Positions 1 to 8,810 of a stretch of DNA of 64,000 nucleotides are shown piece by piece. The notes beneath the pieces were generated by a model. That model worked only from the letters and a program-made list of their open reading frames with translations, did not search any database and was not told the origin of the DNA. The DNA is taken from NCBI GenBank assembly GCA_029565685.1, contig JAKQNR010000022.1, positions 556,035-620,034 on the forward strand, read 5' to 3'. The stretch comes from a bacterium (GTDB lineage Bacteria; Zhuqueibacterota; Zhuqueibacteria; Residuimicrobiales; Residuimicrobiaceae). Numbering within the stretch: position 1 is the first letter of the stretch; each line of letters opens with the position of its first letter. The position numbers and the translations under genes were made by a program.

Positions 1-650
1 GCCTTGCACATCACGGCGTGCTGTTTCTGGATGAACTGCCGGAATTTAAAAAAAATGTACTTGAAGTCATGCGCCAGCCGCTGGAGGATGGCAAAGTGAC
101 CATCGCCCGGGCGATGCTGTCATTGACCTATCCGGCCGAATTCATGCTGGCGGCGGCCATGAATCCCTGTCCGTGCGGCTATCACACGGATCCCAATAAT
201 CAATGCAATTGCACGCCGTTGCTGATCCAACGGTATCTCTCCCGCATATCAGGACCACTGCTGGACCGCATTGACCTGCATGTGGAAGTGCCGGCGGTGA
301 AATATAAAGAGCTGAGCGAGCAGAGCGCTGAAGAGACATCAGAGGCCATTCGTCGCCGCGTATCCGCCGCTCGGCACAGACAGCTTGAGCGATTCAGACG
401 CCATCCGCGCCTTTTTTGCAACGCACGAATGGAATCCCGCGACATTCGCAAATACTGCCGAATCGATGATCAGGGGGATGAGCTGCTGAAAACCGCCATC
501 ACCCGCTGGGGTCTGTCGGCGCGTGCCTATGACCGGATTCTCAAAGTAGCGCGCACCATCGCAGACCTGGCAGCCAGCGAGGTGATCCGGCCCGAGCATG
601 TGGGCGAAGCGGTTCAATACCGCAGCCTGGACCGAAGCGGGATCTTTTAA
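1..650 (+). CDS. comM: YifB/ComM Mg-chelatase-like AAA+ ATPase (5' truncated by window edge)
   Basis: [15 protein letters not shown]alker [20 protein letters not shown] and [19 protein letters not shown] motifs; frame open to the window start. Confidence 0.9.
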   Translation, partial: LAHHGVLFLDELPEFKKNVLEVMRQPLEDGKVTIARAMLSLTYPAEFMLAAAMNPCPCGYHTDPNNQCNCTPLLIQRYLSRISGPLLDRIDLHVEVPAVKYKELSEQSAEETSEAIRRRVSAARHRQLERFRRHPRLFCNARMESRDIRKYCRIDDQGDELLKTAITRWGLSARAYDRILKVARTIADLAASEVIRPEHVGEAVQYRSLDRSGIF

Positions 651-665
651 TAGAGGGAGTGCATC

Positions 666-1019
666 ATGGCCTATGCCACCGTATCGGTTGAGCTTTGTGA
701 AGGGATCACCGTAATCCGGGTGCTGCCCCAACGGGTTTTTCTTAAAACAAGCGAGCAATTCCGTGAAGAGATCATTCACATCCTCGACAGCGCTGCGCTT
801 AAAGTGATCATTGACCTAAGTCGGGTCAATATGATGAACAGCGCAGGCTTAGGCGTATTGATTCTGGCGCGGGATAAAATTCTGAAGCGGGGAGGAATCC
901 TGGTGGTGTGCGGATTGTTAAATATGATGCGGGAGATTTTTGCACGTATGCATCTGGACAGTTATTTTATGCTGCAGCCGGATTGTGAAACCGCCCTGGC
1001 TGATCTCAGACGGGTATAA
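666..1019 (+). CDS. STAS-domain anti-sigma factor antagonist
   Basis: 117 aa, IIDLSRVNMMNSAGLGVL with the phosphorylatable Ser; GAGGGAG RBS. Confidence 0.85.
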   Translation: MAYATVSVELCEGITVIRVLPQRVFLKTSEQFREEIIHILDSAALKVIIDLSRVNMMNSAGLGVLILARDKILKRGGILVVCGLLNMMREIFARMHLDSYFMLQPDCETALADLRRV

Positions 1020-1020
1020 A

Positions 1021-1206
1021 AAACCCTGTATGGGACGCAAGGCGGTTATTGAACCGCTGCAAATATGATGGGTGCTGCCTTTTAATTTTTTACTTCCACT
1101 GCATTTTTCCCGAAGGAAAACGGAGGCCTGTAATACGTAAAAAGAGCTTCGCTCCCAAGTGATAGGTGTTGGTTCAAATTTGCGCGTGCGTCGACATACA
1201 GGGTTT
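1021..1206 (-). ncRNA. ssrS: 6S RNA, full length (186 nt)
   Basis: Terminal inverted repeat AAACCCTGTATG/CATACAGGGTTT; minus strand has 6S-like motifs UUGAACCAACAC...GGGAGC...GGCAGCACCC...GGUUCAA; U-run at the 3' end. Confidence 0.85.
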
Positions 1207-1306
1207 ATTGTCTGATGCCTGGTTTAATGTGTCAATTCCTGCAATAAAAGTCAAGTGAAAAATGGCAAGGGTCTTAATATTTTTTTGAAGGGAGGTGTTC
1301 CATCCG

Positions 1307-2599
1307 ATGATTTCCAAATTACGCCTGCTATTTCTGCTGGGCGCGCTCTGGGCGGCTGCGGCCCCGGCAGCGGAAAACCAGGTGCTCAAAATCACCATTG
1401 AGGGCGACATCAATCCGATTTCTGCGGCATTCATTGAAACGAACATCGACAAGGCATCGGCCGGGCAGTATGAATGTCTGCTCATCCAAATGGATACACC
1501 GGGCGGACTGCTTGAATCGACCAAGTCCATCGTTAAAAAGATGATGAGCAGCCCCGTTCCGGTGGTCGTGTACATCGCGCCGGCCGGATCGGGCGCAGTG
1601 TCCGCCGGCGTGTTCATCACGCTGGCTGCCCATATCGCTGTCATGGCGCCGGGCACAAACATCGGCGCCGCCCATCCAGTCAGCGTCGGATCCGGCCAGG
1701 CGGACACCTCAGCGGTAATGAGCCACAAGGTGACCAACTGGGCCTCGGCTTGGATCCGCGGCATCGCGGAAAAGCGCGGCCGCAACGCCGATTGGGCGGA
1801 AAAAGCGGTGCGTGAAAGTGTGGCCATTACTGAGACGGAGGCTTTGCAGAAGAACATCATCGATGGAATCTGCAGCACCCAAGACAGTCTTTTGCTCTGG
1901 CTGGAAGGACGCACCCTGACGCTGGAAAAAAAATCCCTGACGCTGCACACCCGCGGCGCCGTCGTGGTGGTGGAGGAAATGAATTGGCGCCATCGGCTGT
2001 TGTACAAGATATCCAATCCCACCATCGCCTATATCCTGATGATGCTTGGGTTTTATGGGCTTTTTTTCGAACTTTCCAATCCCGGCGCCGTTTTGCCTGG
2101 TGTGGTGGGCGGCATTTTCATTATCCTGGCCTTCTTTGCTTTGCAAACATTGCCCTTGCGCGCAGCCGGCCTGGCGTTGATACTTTTTGCCGTCATTCTG
2201 TTTATTCTGGAGGTCAAAGTGACCAGCTACGGCGTACTATCCATCGGAGGTGTGATCGCCATGTTCTTGGGTTCCATCATGCTGTTTGATGAAGCGCCCG
2301 GCTTTCCGGTCAAAGTGGACTGGCGGGTGGCCATCACCGTCACCCTGGCGACAGCCGCTTTTTTTGTCTTTGCTCTGGGCATGGCTCTCAAGGCGCGCTT
2401 GAGCAAGCCGACGACCGGGCAGGAGGGACTGGTCGGTGAAATCGGTGTCGCGCTTTCCGACATCCAGGGCCGGGGCAACGTCAAAGTGCACGGAGAGATC
2501 TGGGCGGCGTACAGCGAAGAGGCGATCCGGCGGGAGGAGCCGATTCAGGTGGTCGCTGTGGAAGGCATGATTCTCAAAGTGAGCAAACTGAAATCATAA
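1307..2599 (+). CDS. nfeD: NfeD-family membrane-bound ClpP-class serine protease
   Basis: Signal peptide, MDTPGG, AVSAG, GAAHPV, TM helices, C-terminal GEIWAA OB domain; GGAGG upstream of ATG 1307 (alternative GTG 1295). Confidence 0.9.
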   Translation: MISKLRLLFLLGALWAAAAPAAENQVLKITIEGDINPISAAFIETNIDKASAGQYECLLIQMDTPGGLLESTKSIVKKMMSSPVPVVVYIAPAGSGAVSAGVFITLAAHIAVMAPGTNIGAAHPVSVGSGQADTSAVMSHKVTNWASAWIRGIAEKRGRNADWAEKAVRESVAITETEALQKNIIDGICSTQDSLLLWLEGRTLTLEKKSLTLHTRGAVVVVEEMNWRHRLLYKISNPTIAYILMMLGFYGLFFELSNPGAVLPGVVGGIFIILAFFALQTLPLRAAGLALILFAVILFILEVKVTSYGVLSIGGVIAMFLGSIMLFDEAPGFPVKVDWRVAITVTLATAAFFVFALGMALKARLSKPTTGQEGLVGEIGVALSDIQGRGNVKVHGEIWAAYSEEAIRREEPIQVVAVEGMILKVSKLKS

Positions 2600-2616
2600 A
2601 ACATAAGGAGGCAACT

Positions 2617-3375
2617 ATGGTCATCCAGCCGTTTGTCATTCTGATCATTCTGTTGGTTCTGCTGCTGTCCAGCGCCATCAAAGTGCTGCGCGAATACGAG
2701 CGCGGCGTCGTTTTCCGCTTGGGACGTCTGGTCGGTGACCGCGGTCCCGGCATCATCTTGCTCATTCCTCTGGTCGACCGCATGGTCAAAGTAAGTTTGC
2801 GGACGCACACCATGGACGTGCCCTCCCAGGACATCATCACCAGGGACAACGTCTCTGTCAAGGTCAATGCTGTGCTCTATTTCCGCGTACTCTATCCGAG
2901 CAAAGCGGTCGTAGAGGTCGAAGACTATTTTTACGCCACCTCGCAGTTGGCGCAGACTACTCTGCGGTCGGTTTTAGGTCAGGCGGAGTTGGACGAACTG
3001 CTTTCCGCCCGCGATAAAATCAATCAGGATCTGCAAGTCATCATCGACTCGCACACTGATCCCTGGGGCATCAAGGTGAGCATGGTCGAAGTCAAACACG
3101 TGGACCTGCCGGCGGAGATGCAGCGCGCCATGGCGCGCCAGGCGGAGGCTGAACGGGAACGTCGCGCCAAAATCATTCATGCGGAAGGAGAGTTCCAGGC
3201 TTCGCAGACGCTGGCCAACGCCGCAGAGATCATCGCCACCCATCCGCAGGCCCTGCAACTGCGTTATCTGCAGACGCTCTCGGAAATCGCTACGGAAAAC
3301 AATTCCACCATCGTGTTCCCGTTGCCCATTGATCTGATAAAGCCGTTGGTCGGAACCCTGCCCGCAGGAAAATAA
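2617..3375 (+). CDS. Slipin/stomatin (SPFH) family protein
   Basis: [31 protein letters not shown]; classic NfeD partner. Confidence 0.93.
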   Translation: MVIQPFVILIILLVLLLSSAIKVLREYERGVVFRLGRLVGDRGPGIILLIPLVDRMVKVSLRTHTMDVPSQDIITRDNVSVKVNAVLYFRVLYPSKAVVEVEDYFYATSQLAQTTLRSVLGQAELDELLSARDKINQDLQVIIDSHTDPWGIKVSMVEVKHVDLPAEMQRAMARQAEAERERRAKIIHAEGEFQASQTLANAAEIIATHPQALQLRYLQTLSEIATENNSTIVFPLPIDLIKPLVGTLPAGK

Positions 3376-3376
3376 A

Positions 3377-4495
3377 ATGAACCTTGATGCCCTGCGCGCG
3401 TTCTTTCCGGTCACGATCGACCATGTTTTTATGAACCACGCTGCAGAGTCGCCAAAATCCACGCTTGCTATTGACGCGGTGAATCGTTATCTCGCGGATG
3501 CGTCGTTCGGCGACTTGTATGAAGATCGATGGATCAGGCGTAAGGAGGAGGTTCGCGGCATGGCGGCCGACCTCATTCGCGCGCACGCGGATGAGGTCGC
3601 CTTCATCGACAACGTCAGCACCGGCGCCATGCTCGTCGCTCAGGGGTTGACTTGGCGACCCGGGGATAACCTGGTGACCAATGCCAATCAATTCCCAGCG
3701 AATGTGTTCCCCTGGTTGAATCTGCGCCGCAAACAGATCGATGTGCGGACGCCGATTCTGCCACGGTCGGAGCAGGCCTATTCAACTCTGTTCTCCGCTG
3801 TCGATCAACACACACGGCTTATCGCACTCAGCTTTGTCGAATACGACAACGGCTTTCGCTATGATCTGCCGCGCATAGGAGAATTTTGCCGCGAACGCGA
3901 CATCCTCTTCTTTGTCGACGCGGTGCAGGGTCTCGGCGCCATGCCGCTGGATGTACGGGCGGCCGGGATCAGTTTTTTGGCGACCTCTGGACATAAATGG
4001 CTGCTGGGGCCGAGCGGACAGGGCTTTTTATACATCCAGCGATCGCTGATGGAGCGTTTGGAGGTGCTGCCGTTAAGCTGGCTCAGTTTTGAAACGCCGT
4101 TCGATTTCAGCAACTATGAACGTCCCATGTTGAGCTCTGCCGCTCGTTTTGAGGGCGGCACTTCCAACCTCATGGGAATCGCCGCCCTAGGCGCCGGGCT
4201 CGAGCTGATCTTGCAAACAGGCGTGACCGCGATCTCGCAACGCATCCTTGCATTGACCGATCTGCTTATCGAAGGCCTGGCCAGACGGGGTTTCCTCATC
4301 GACGGCTGCCTGACTCCGACAAACCGGTCTGGAATCGTCGCCTTCCGTCATCCGGATATTCCTACGGAAAAGTGGCAGGCGCGTCTGAATGAAAACCGCG
4401 TCATCGTATCCCAGCGCAACAACCATATCCGCCTTTCTCCACATTTCTATAACAGCGAAGCGGAGGTGGAACATTTTTTATCCGTACTGGATTAA
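3377..4495 (+). CDS. PLP-dependent aminotransferase class V family protein
   Basis: VDAVQ, SGHKWLLGP (PLP Lys), RFEGGT, IRLSPHFYN; no desulfurase catalytic Cys motif visible. Confidence 0.85.
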   Translation: MNLDALRAFFPVTIDHVFMNHAAESPKSTLAIDAVNRYLADASFGDLYEDRWIRRKEEVRGMAADLIRAHADEVAFIDNVSTGAMLVAQGLTWRPGDNLVTNANQFPANVFPWLNLRRKQIDVRTPILPRSEQAYSTLFSAVDQHTRLIALSFVEYDNGFRYDLPRIGEFCRERDILFFVDAVQGLGAMPLDVRAAGISFLATSGHKWLLGPSGQGFLYIQRSLMERLEVLPLSWLSFETPFDFSNYERPMLSSAARFEGGTSNLMGIAALGAGLELILQTGVTAISQRILALTDLLIEGLARRGFLIDGCLTPTNRSGIVAFRHPDIPTEKWQARLNENRVIVSQRNNHIRLSPHFYNSEAEVEHFLSVLD

Positions 4496-4501
4496 TTGAC
4501 T

Positions 4502-5755
4502 ATGACTGTTTTTTATCGTAGGATGTGTCTATTTACACTGTTCTGCCTTGCCGGATCCGCGGGGGCGCAGATGGGGCTGGTTTATGATGAATTACTGCAG
4601 CCGCCTGATTGGAGCGCCCGCGCAGCCGCTATGGGCGGAGTCGGGACCGCTCTGCCCGGCTCCGCCGCCGGCGTCTACAATCCGGCTGCACTTGCCGTGG
4701 ATGCGCGTCTCGGCGTCCTGCTGTGCATGCAACACAAATCCGCTTCATCGACACTGGAGCCGTCCGCCGGTTCCCAGCTTCGTTCCTATACCCTGGACCA
4801 TGACGGACAGAACGGTTTGAATTTTGCCTCATTTTCACTGCCGGTTGCCATCGGCGAATATCCTTCCGCCGTCTCTCTCTCTCTGTACAATCTATCGAAC
4901 CTGCAGGCGGCTTATACCTGGAAGCCCGAAAAGCCGGAAGCGGGGTACACGCAGGAAACTTTTATCAAACGAAAGGGTGCGCGCTATGGACTCGCTACGG
5001 CGTTCAGTTTTTCTCCGTTCCGCGATTTTTATCTCGGCGCCAGCCTCACCCTGCAGCAGGGGGGACAAAAGATCGATACCGCCTATGTGGAACAATTGGC
5101 CTCCACCCGCCGGGTCTCGCGCACTGGCTGGGAGAACCGCTTTTCCGCAATGACGGTGGCCTGGGGCTATCTGTGGCGGCCGCATCCCCGCTGCAGCATC
5201 GGACAGCGGATGACCTTTCCCTATCGTCTGTCCCTGTCTGACATCGAGTTCGTCAGCCCCTCCAGCCGACGAGAATTCAGTGAAAAAATAAATCTCGATA
5301 TGCCCATCACCGTAAACACCGGAGCGGTTTGGCGTCCTTTTCTGAACTGGCTGCTCATCTTTGATTATCGCCGTAATCCATGGAATCAGCTGAGCGGCCG
5401 GTGGGGCGGCAACGACATGACGTTGGACTACAGCAACGCGCATTCCTATCATTTCGGCGTTGAGGGATCGCTGCCGACCGTCCTGGGGCGCGTTTCTTTG
5501 CGCGGCGGCTATCGGATCATCCCTCGACAACTCTATGAATTTGACGCGGATCATCCCGGCCAACGTGGAAAACAGATTCGCGCTGCCGGACTGACCGGCG
5601 GCATAGGATTTTCGGCTGCATCGTGGGGCATGGATCTGGCGCTGACGCGGGACAGCGTCTCTTTTCCATCTGATTGGTATTTCATCGGCAGTTCACCTGT
5701 CTCCATCCGGCAGTCGATCTTTCATCTTTTAGCCAACTTACAATATTTTTTATGA
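4502..5755 (+). CDS. Outer-membrane beta-barrel, FadL/OmpP1/PorV-like
   Basis: Signal peptide; SARAAAMGG...YNPAAL N-terminal hatch motif; amphipathic strands; ends LQYFL (alternative TTG start 4496). Confidence 0.7.
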   Translation: MTVFYRRMCLFTLFCLAGSAGAQMGLVYDELLQPPDWSARAAAMGGVGTALPGSAAGVYNPAALAVDARLGVLLCMQHKSASSTLEPSAGSQLRSYTLDHDGQNGLNFASFSLPVAIGEYPSAVSLSLYNLSNLQAAYTWKPEKPEAGYTQETFIKRKGARYGLATAFSFSPFRDFYLGASLTLQQGGQKIDTAYVEQLASTRRVSRTGWENRFSAMTVAWGYLWRPHPRCSIGQRMTFPYRLSLSDIEFVSPSSRREFSEKINLDMPITVNTGAVWRPFLNWLLIFDYRRNPWNQLSGRWGGNDMTLDYSNAHSYHFGVEGSLPTVLGRVSLRGGYRIIPRQLYEFDADHPGQRGKQIRAAGLTGGIGFSAASWGMDLALTRDSVSFPSDWYFIGSSPVSIRQSIFHLLANLQYFL

Positions 5756-6648
5756 ACAGCAACAAAATTTTTTGCGGCCCGGCAGGCTGGCACTATGACG
5801 ACTGGCAGGGTGTGGTCTATCCGGCGGTGAAAAATAAAAACTTTTCCGAGCTGTCTTTTCTCACCCGCTATGTAAACACAGTGGAGATAAACGTAACGTT
5901 CTATCGCATTCCGAGCCCTGAACAGGCACAAGCGTGGGTGCAGCAGAGCGCCGCACATCCTGAATTTTTATTCACGGTAAAAGCCTGGCAGGGTTTTACC
6001 CATGAACCCGCCGCTCCGGCCGCCGATCGGCTCGATGCCTTCAAACGCGTCCTCGATGCGCTGCAGACGTCAGGCCGGTTGGGCGCTGTGCTGATTCAGT
6101 ACCCCTGGCGATTCAAACGTACGGATGAAAATTGGCAGCGCGTTCAAGCGTTGGCGGCGCAGCTCAGCGGCTATGGCGCCAGCGTGGAATTCCGTCACAA
6201 CAGCTGGGACGATCCTGTGGTGTTGGCAGCGCTCACGGATCGCCAGATCGGCTGGGTGAATGTCGATCAACCGATCATCGGAGCTTCCATAGCTCCCGGT
6301 GACCACGTCACCTCATCGATCGGCTATGTCCGGCTTCATGGACGAAATTACCAGAACTGGTTCAACGAACGGGCTGGACGAGATCAACGGTATGATTACC
6401 TGTATCAGAAGGCCGAGTTGACCGAATGGGCGGAGCGCGTCCGTTCCATCGCCGGCCGCTGCGAACAAACGTTTGTTATTTTCAACAACCATTTCCGCGG
6501 TCAAGCGGTGGTAAACTGCCTGCAGCTGACTGCCGTGGTGTTGAAAAAAAAGGTGGCTGTTCCAGACTCGTTGCTCCTCCATTACCCCGGTTTGCAAGAG
6601 ATCGCCGACCGGTCTGGATCCACTGCGGCCCTGTCACTTTTTGACTGA
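5752..6648 (+). CDS. DUF72 domain protein
   Basis: GWHYDDW, VEINVTFY, EFRHNSW, YVRLHGRN, YDYLY, FNNH; ATG 5752 overlaps the upstream TGA. Confidence 0.9.
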   Translation: MNSNKIFCGPAGWHYDDWQGVVYPAVKNKNFSELSFLTRYVNTVEINVTFYRIPSPEQAQAWVQQSAAHPEFLFTVKAWQGFTHEPAAPAADRLDAFKRVLDALQTSGRLGAVLIQYPWRFKRTDENWQRVQALAAQLSGYGASVEFRHNSWDDPVVLAALTDRQIGWVNVDQPIIGASIAPGDHVTSSIGYVRLHGRNYQNWFNERAGRDQRYDYLYQKAELTEWAERVRSIAGRCEQTFVIFNNHFRGQAVVNCLQLTAVVLKKKVAVPDSLLLHYPGLQEIADRSGSTAALSLFD

Positions 6649-6705
6649 GCCCTGAATCCTTTTCCGCTCTGCGCCATCTATATATTACAGACAATAAGGA
6701 GGTTT

Positions 6706-6852
6706 ATGGATACATGGGGCATTGTTGCGATTCTTGCGGTCTGGTATGTACTCAACCGCTATATTTTACCGAAGCTTGGGGTTCCGACCTGAATGTCCGG
6801 AGCCTGCGATCTTTCGGAGAAAGATCCAAATAAAGTAAAGAGCGAGAAATAG
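6706..6852 (+). CDS. Putative 48-aa membrane selenoprotein (Sec at UGA 6790-6792); 28 aa if UGA is a stop
   Basis: AAGGAGG RBS; MDTWGIVAILAVWYVLNRYILPKLGVPT-UGA-MSGACDLSEKDPNKVKSEK-TAG; hairpin after UGA; TAG lies 10 nt before the next ATG. Confidence 0.7.
6808..6826 (+). promoter_or_regulatory. Candidate bacterial SECIS element 1
   Basis: Perfect 8-bp stem GATCTTTC/GAAAGATC, GGA loop beginning 23 nt after the UGA. Confidence 0.6.
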
Positions 6853-6862
6853 AGGGACGGAT

Positions 6863-7087
6863 ATGCCGATTTACGAATACCGTTGCACGCAGTGCGGCCA
6901 TGCTTTCGAGGCGTTTCAAAGAATGGGCGCGGACGGTCAGGATTTAACCTGTCCTAAATGCCAGGCGCCCAAACCGGAAAAAATCTTTTCCTCTTTCGCC
7001 GCATCTTCCGCCGCCGGCGGCCTGAACGCAGGCGGCGCCTCACTCTCAGGATGCGGCGGAAGCACCGGCTTTTCTTGAGCATCCTGA
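6863..7087 (+). CDS. FmdB-family zinc-ribbon protein, probably with C-terminal Sec (UGA 7076-7078); ends at 7078 if UGA is a stop
   Basis: MPIYEYRCTQCGHAFE...CPKC; tail GCGGSTGFS-UGA-AS-TGA-TAA. Confidence 0.8.
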
Positions 7088-7113
7088 TAACGGATGGTCA
7101 TCCGTTGGTCTGC
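7079..7113 (+). promoter_or_regulatory. Candidate bacterial SECIS element 2
   Basis: TAACGGAT-GGTC-ATCCGTTG stem-loop, GGUC loop 17 nt after the UGA; lower pairing GCA/TGC; no U-tract. Confidence 0.7.
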
Positions 7114-7215
7114 ATGGCATTTTACAAATAGGTTTTGCCCTTGCAGCGCAGGGCGAAGCGGTAGGCGCTTCGTATCGCTGAGCGCTCCCAGGGGTCGTTG
7201 AAAAGGAAGGTCTGT

Positions 7216-8586
7216 TTGCCAGGCAAAAAAAATACGATTGTCGTTGTCGGCGGCAACGATGCAGGTCTTGCCGCAGCAGGACGCATTCGGCGGCTGGCGC
7301 CCGATATGGATGTAATGGTTATCGAAAAAGGTCCTTATCTCGCGTACGCCTCGTGTGCATTGCCGTATTATATCTCTGCGCAGGTTCCTCCGTCTGCGGT
7401 GCAAGGCATGAGTGCTGAGGAGCTGCTGAAAAAGCGTTCGCTGAAAGCCCTGACCTCGCATACGGTCGTTGAAATCAGAATGAAAGAAAGAACCATTTGG
7501 GTGCACGACGAATCCTCTGCAAGCGGCAGAGAGCTGCCATTTCATAAACTGGTCTTGGCCACCGGCGCCCGAGCGATCATGCCCGACGAGCTCGTGAGTG
7601 CGTCCAACGCCTTTACGCTGCGCAGCTTTGCCGACGCACTCAGGCTGCGAAGTTACATTGAAAGAGAAAGGCCGCGCAACGCTTTGGTGGTCGGAGGAGG
7701 ATTGGTCGGCTTGGAAGTCGCTGAAGCTTTGCAAAAGGCCGGCCTGAGCATCATGCTGGTTGAAGCCTCACCCGTTCTGGCTGGTCTGCCGCAAGCGCTG
7801 GCAGCGCCTCTGTCGGATCACATCCGCTCAGCCGGCGTTCAGTTTCATCTGAACACAACGATCGGCAAGTGGCATAAACAGGGCGACCGGATTACGGGGT
7901 ATCAAAGAAACGGCGCTAATGAGGTGCAGCCGGTGGATCTGGTTTTTATCTCCACCGGCATTCAGCCGGAAACGGAATTAGCCGTCAAAGCAGGGGTGCG
8001 GCTGGGAGCGAGCGGCGCCATCGAGGTGAACGCCTATCAACAGACCAACAAAGCCGATATTTATGCAGTGGGGGATTGTTGCGAGACGGTACATCTCGTG
8101 AGCGAAAAAAAAAGTTGGCTGCCCTTTGCCGGCGTTGCTGCGAGGCAGGGGAGGGCGGCTGGAAGCAATTTGACTGGTCATAGCGCTCGATTCCCTGGAG
8201 CGCTGGGCACGCGACTGCTGCGTTGCTTTGGCATGGAGCTGGGGCGAACGGGACTCAACCTGGCTGAAGCCCTCGCCAATGGATTTTCGCCAACAGAGAC
8301 AGTCATTCATCAGGCGGACAAGCCCGAGTATATGACAGATCATCAGCTGATTTCGCTGTCGGTGATTTGGGATAAATACAGTAAACAGCTTTTAGGCGGC
8401 GCCCTGCTGGGCGGCCTGGGAGCAGGGGTTCGTCTGAACCTGTTGGCGATCGCCCTGCAGGCAAAAATGACCATCAAGGATCTGCCGAACCTGGATCTAG
8501 GTTACACTCCGGTCATCAACCACATGATGGATCCTCTGCACATCGCAGGCAACGCTGCTATGAAATCTAAGAGAGAGAAAAGATGA
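7216..8586 (+). CDS. FAD-dependent CoA-disulfide reductase / NADH (per)oxidase family oxidoreductase
   Basis: VVGGNDAG, YASCALPY single active-site Cys, VVGGGLVGLE, IYAVGD, DLGYTP; AGGAAGG RBS favours TTG 7216 (alternative 7198). Confidence 0.88.
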   Translation: MPGKKNTIVVVGGNDAGLAAAGRIRRLAPDMDVMVIEKGPYLAYASCALPYYISAQVPPSAVQGMSAEELLKKRSLKALTSHTVVEIRMKERTIWVHDESSASGRELPFHKLVLATGARAIMPDELVSASNAFTLRSFADALRLRSYIERERPRNALVVGGGLVGLEVAEALQKAGLSIMLVEASPVLAGLPQALAAPLSDHIRSAGVQFHLNTTIGKWHKQGDRITGYQRNGANEVQPVDLVFISTGIQPETELAVKAGVRLGASGAIEVNAYQQTNKADIYAVGDCCETVHLVSEKKSWLPFAGVAARQGRAAGSNLTGHSARFPGALGTRLLRCFGMELGRTGLNLAEALANGFSPTETVIHQADKPEYMTDHQLISLSVIWDKYSKQLLGGALLGGLGAGVRLNLLAIALQAKMTIKDLPNLDLGYTPVINHMMDPLHIAGNAAMKSKREKR

Positions 8587-8759
8587 ACAGGAAAAATTGG
8601 ATCAAGCCGGCGCTCGGATTGCTTCTGGGCGGTCTGGCGGGCTTTGCTTACTATTATTTTATCGGCTGCCGCAGCGGCGCATGCCCCATCACCGGCAATC
8701 CGCTTATCAGCACCGCCTATGGCTCGCTGTTAGGCGGCCTGATGACCGTTGGCAAATGA
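8583..8759 (+). CDS. Small membrane protein, DUF6132-like (58 aa; absent from the ORF track)
   Basis: MNRKNWIKPALGLLLGGLAGFAYYYFIGCRSGACPITGNPLISTAYGSLLGGLMTVGK; ATGA overlap with the oxidoreductase. Confidence 0.85.
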   Translation: MNRKNWIKPALGLLLGGLAGFAYYYFIGCRSGACPITGNPLISTAYGSLLGGLMTVGK

Positions 8760-8810
8760 GCAGCCGACTTTACCGCCGTCGTTCACACCAGGGGGTATCA
8801 TCACACTTTG

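Noticed and set aside
3377..4495. Class V enzyme as a selenocysteine lyase or cysteine desulfurase serving the Sec operon
   Set aside because: The catalytic Cys motif (RxGxHC or SACxS) is absent, and it lies two genes away in a different apparent operon
7088..7107. Hairpin after fmdB as an intrinsic terminator
   Set aside because: No U-tract; position and GGUC loop fit a SECIS better
8757..8810. Sec read-through of the DUF6132-like TGA
   Set aside because: No convincing hairpin downstream, and read-through would run into the convergent gene
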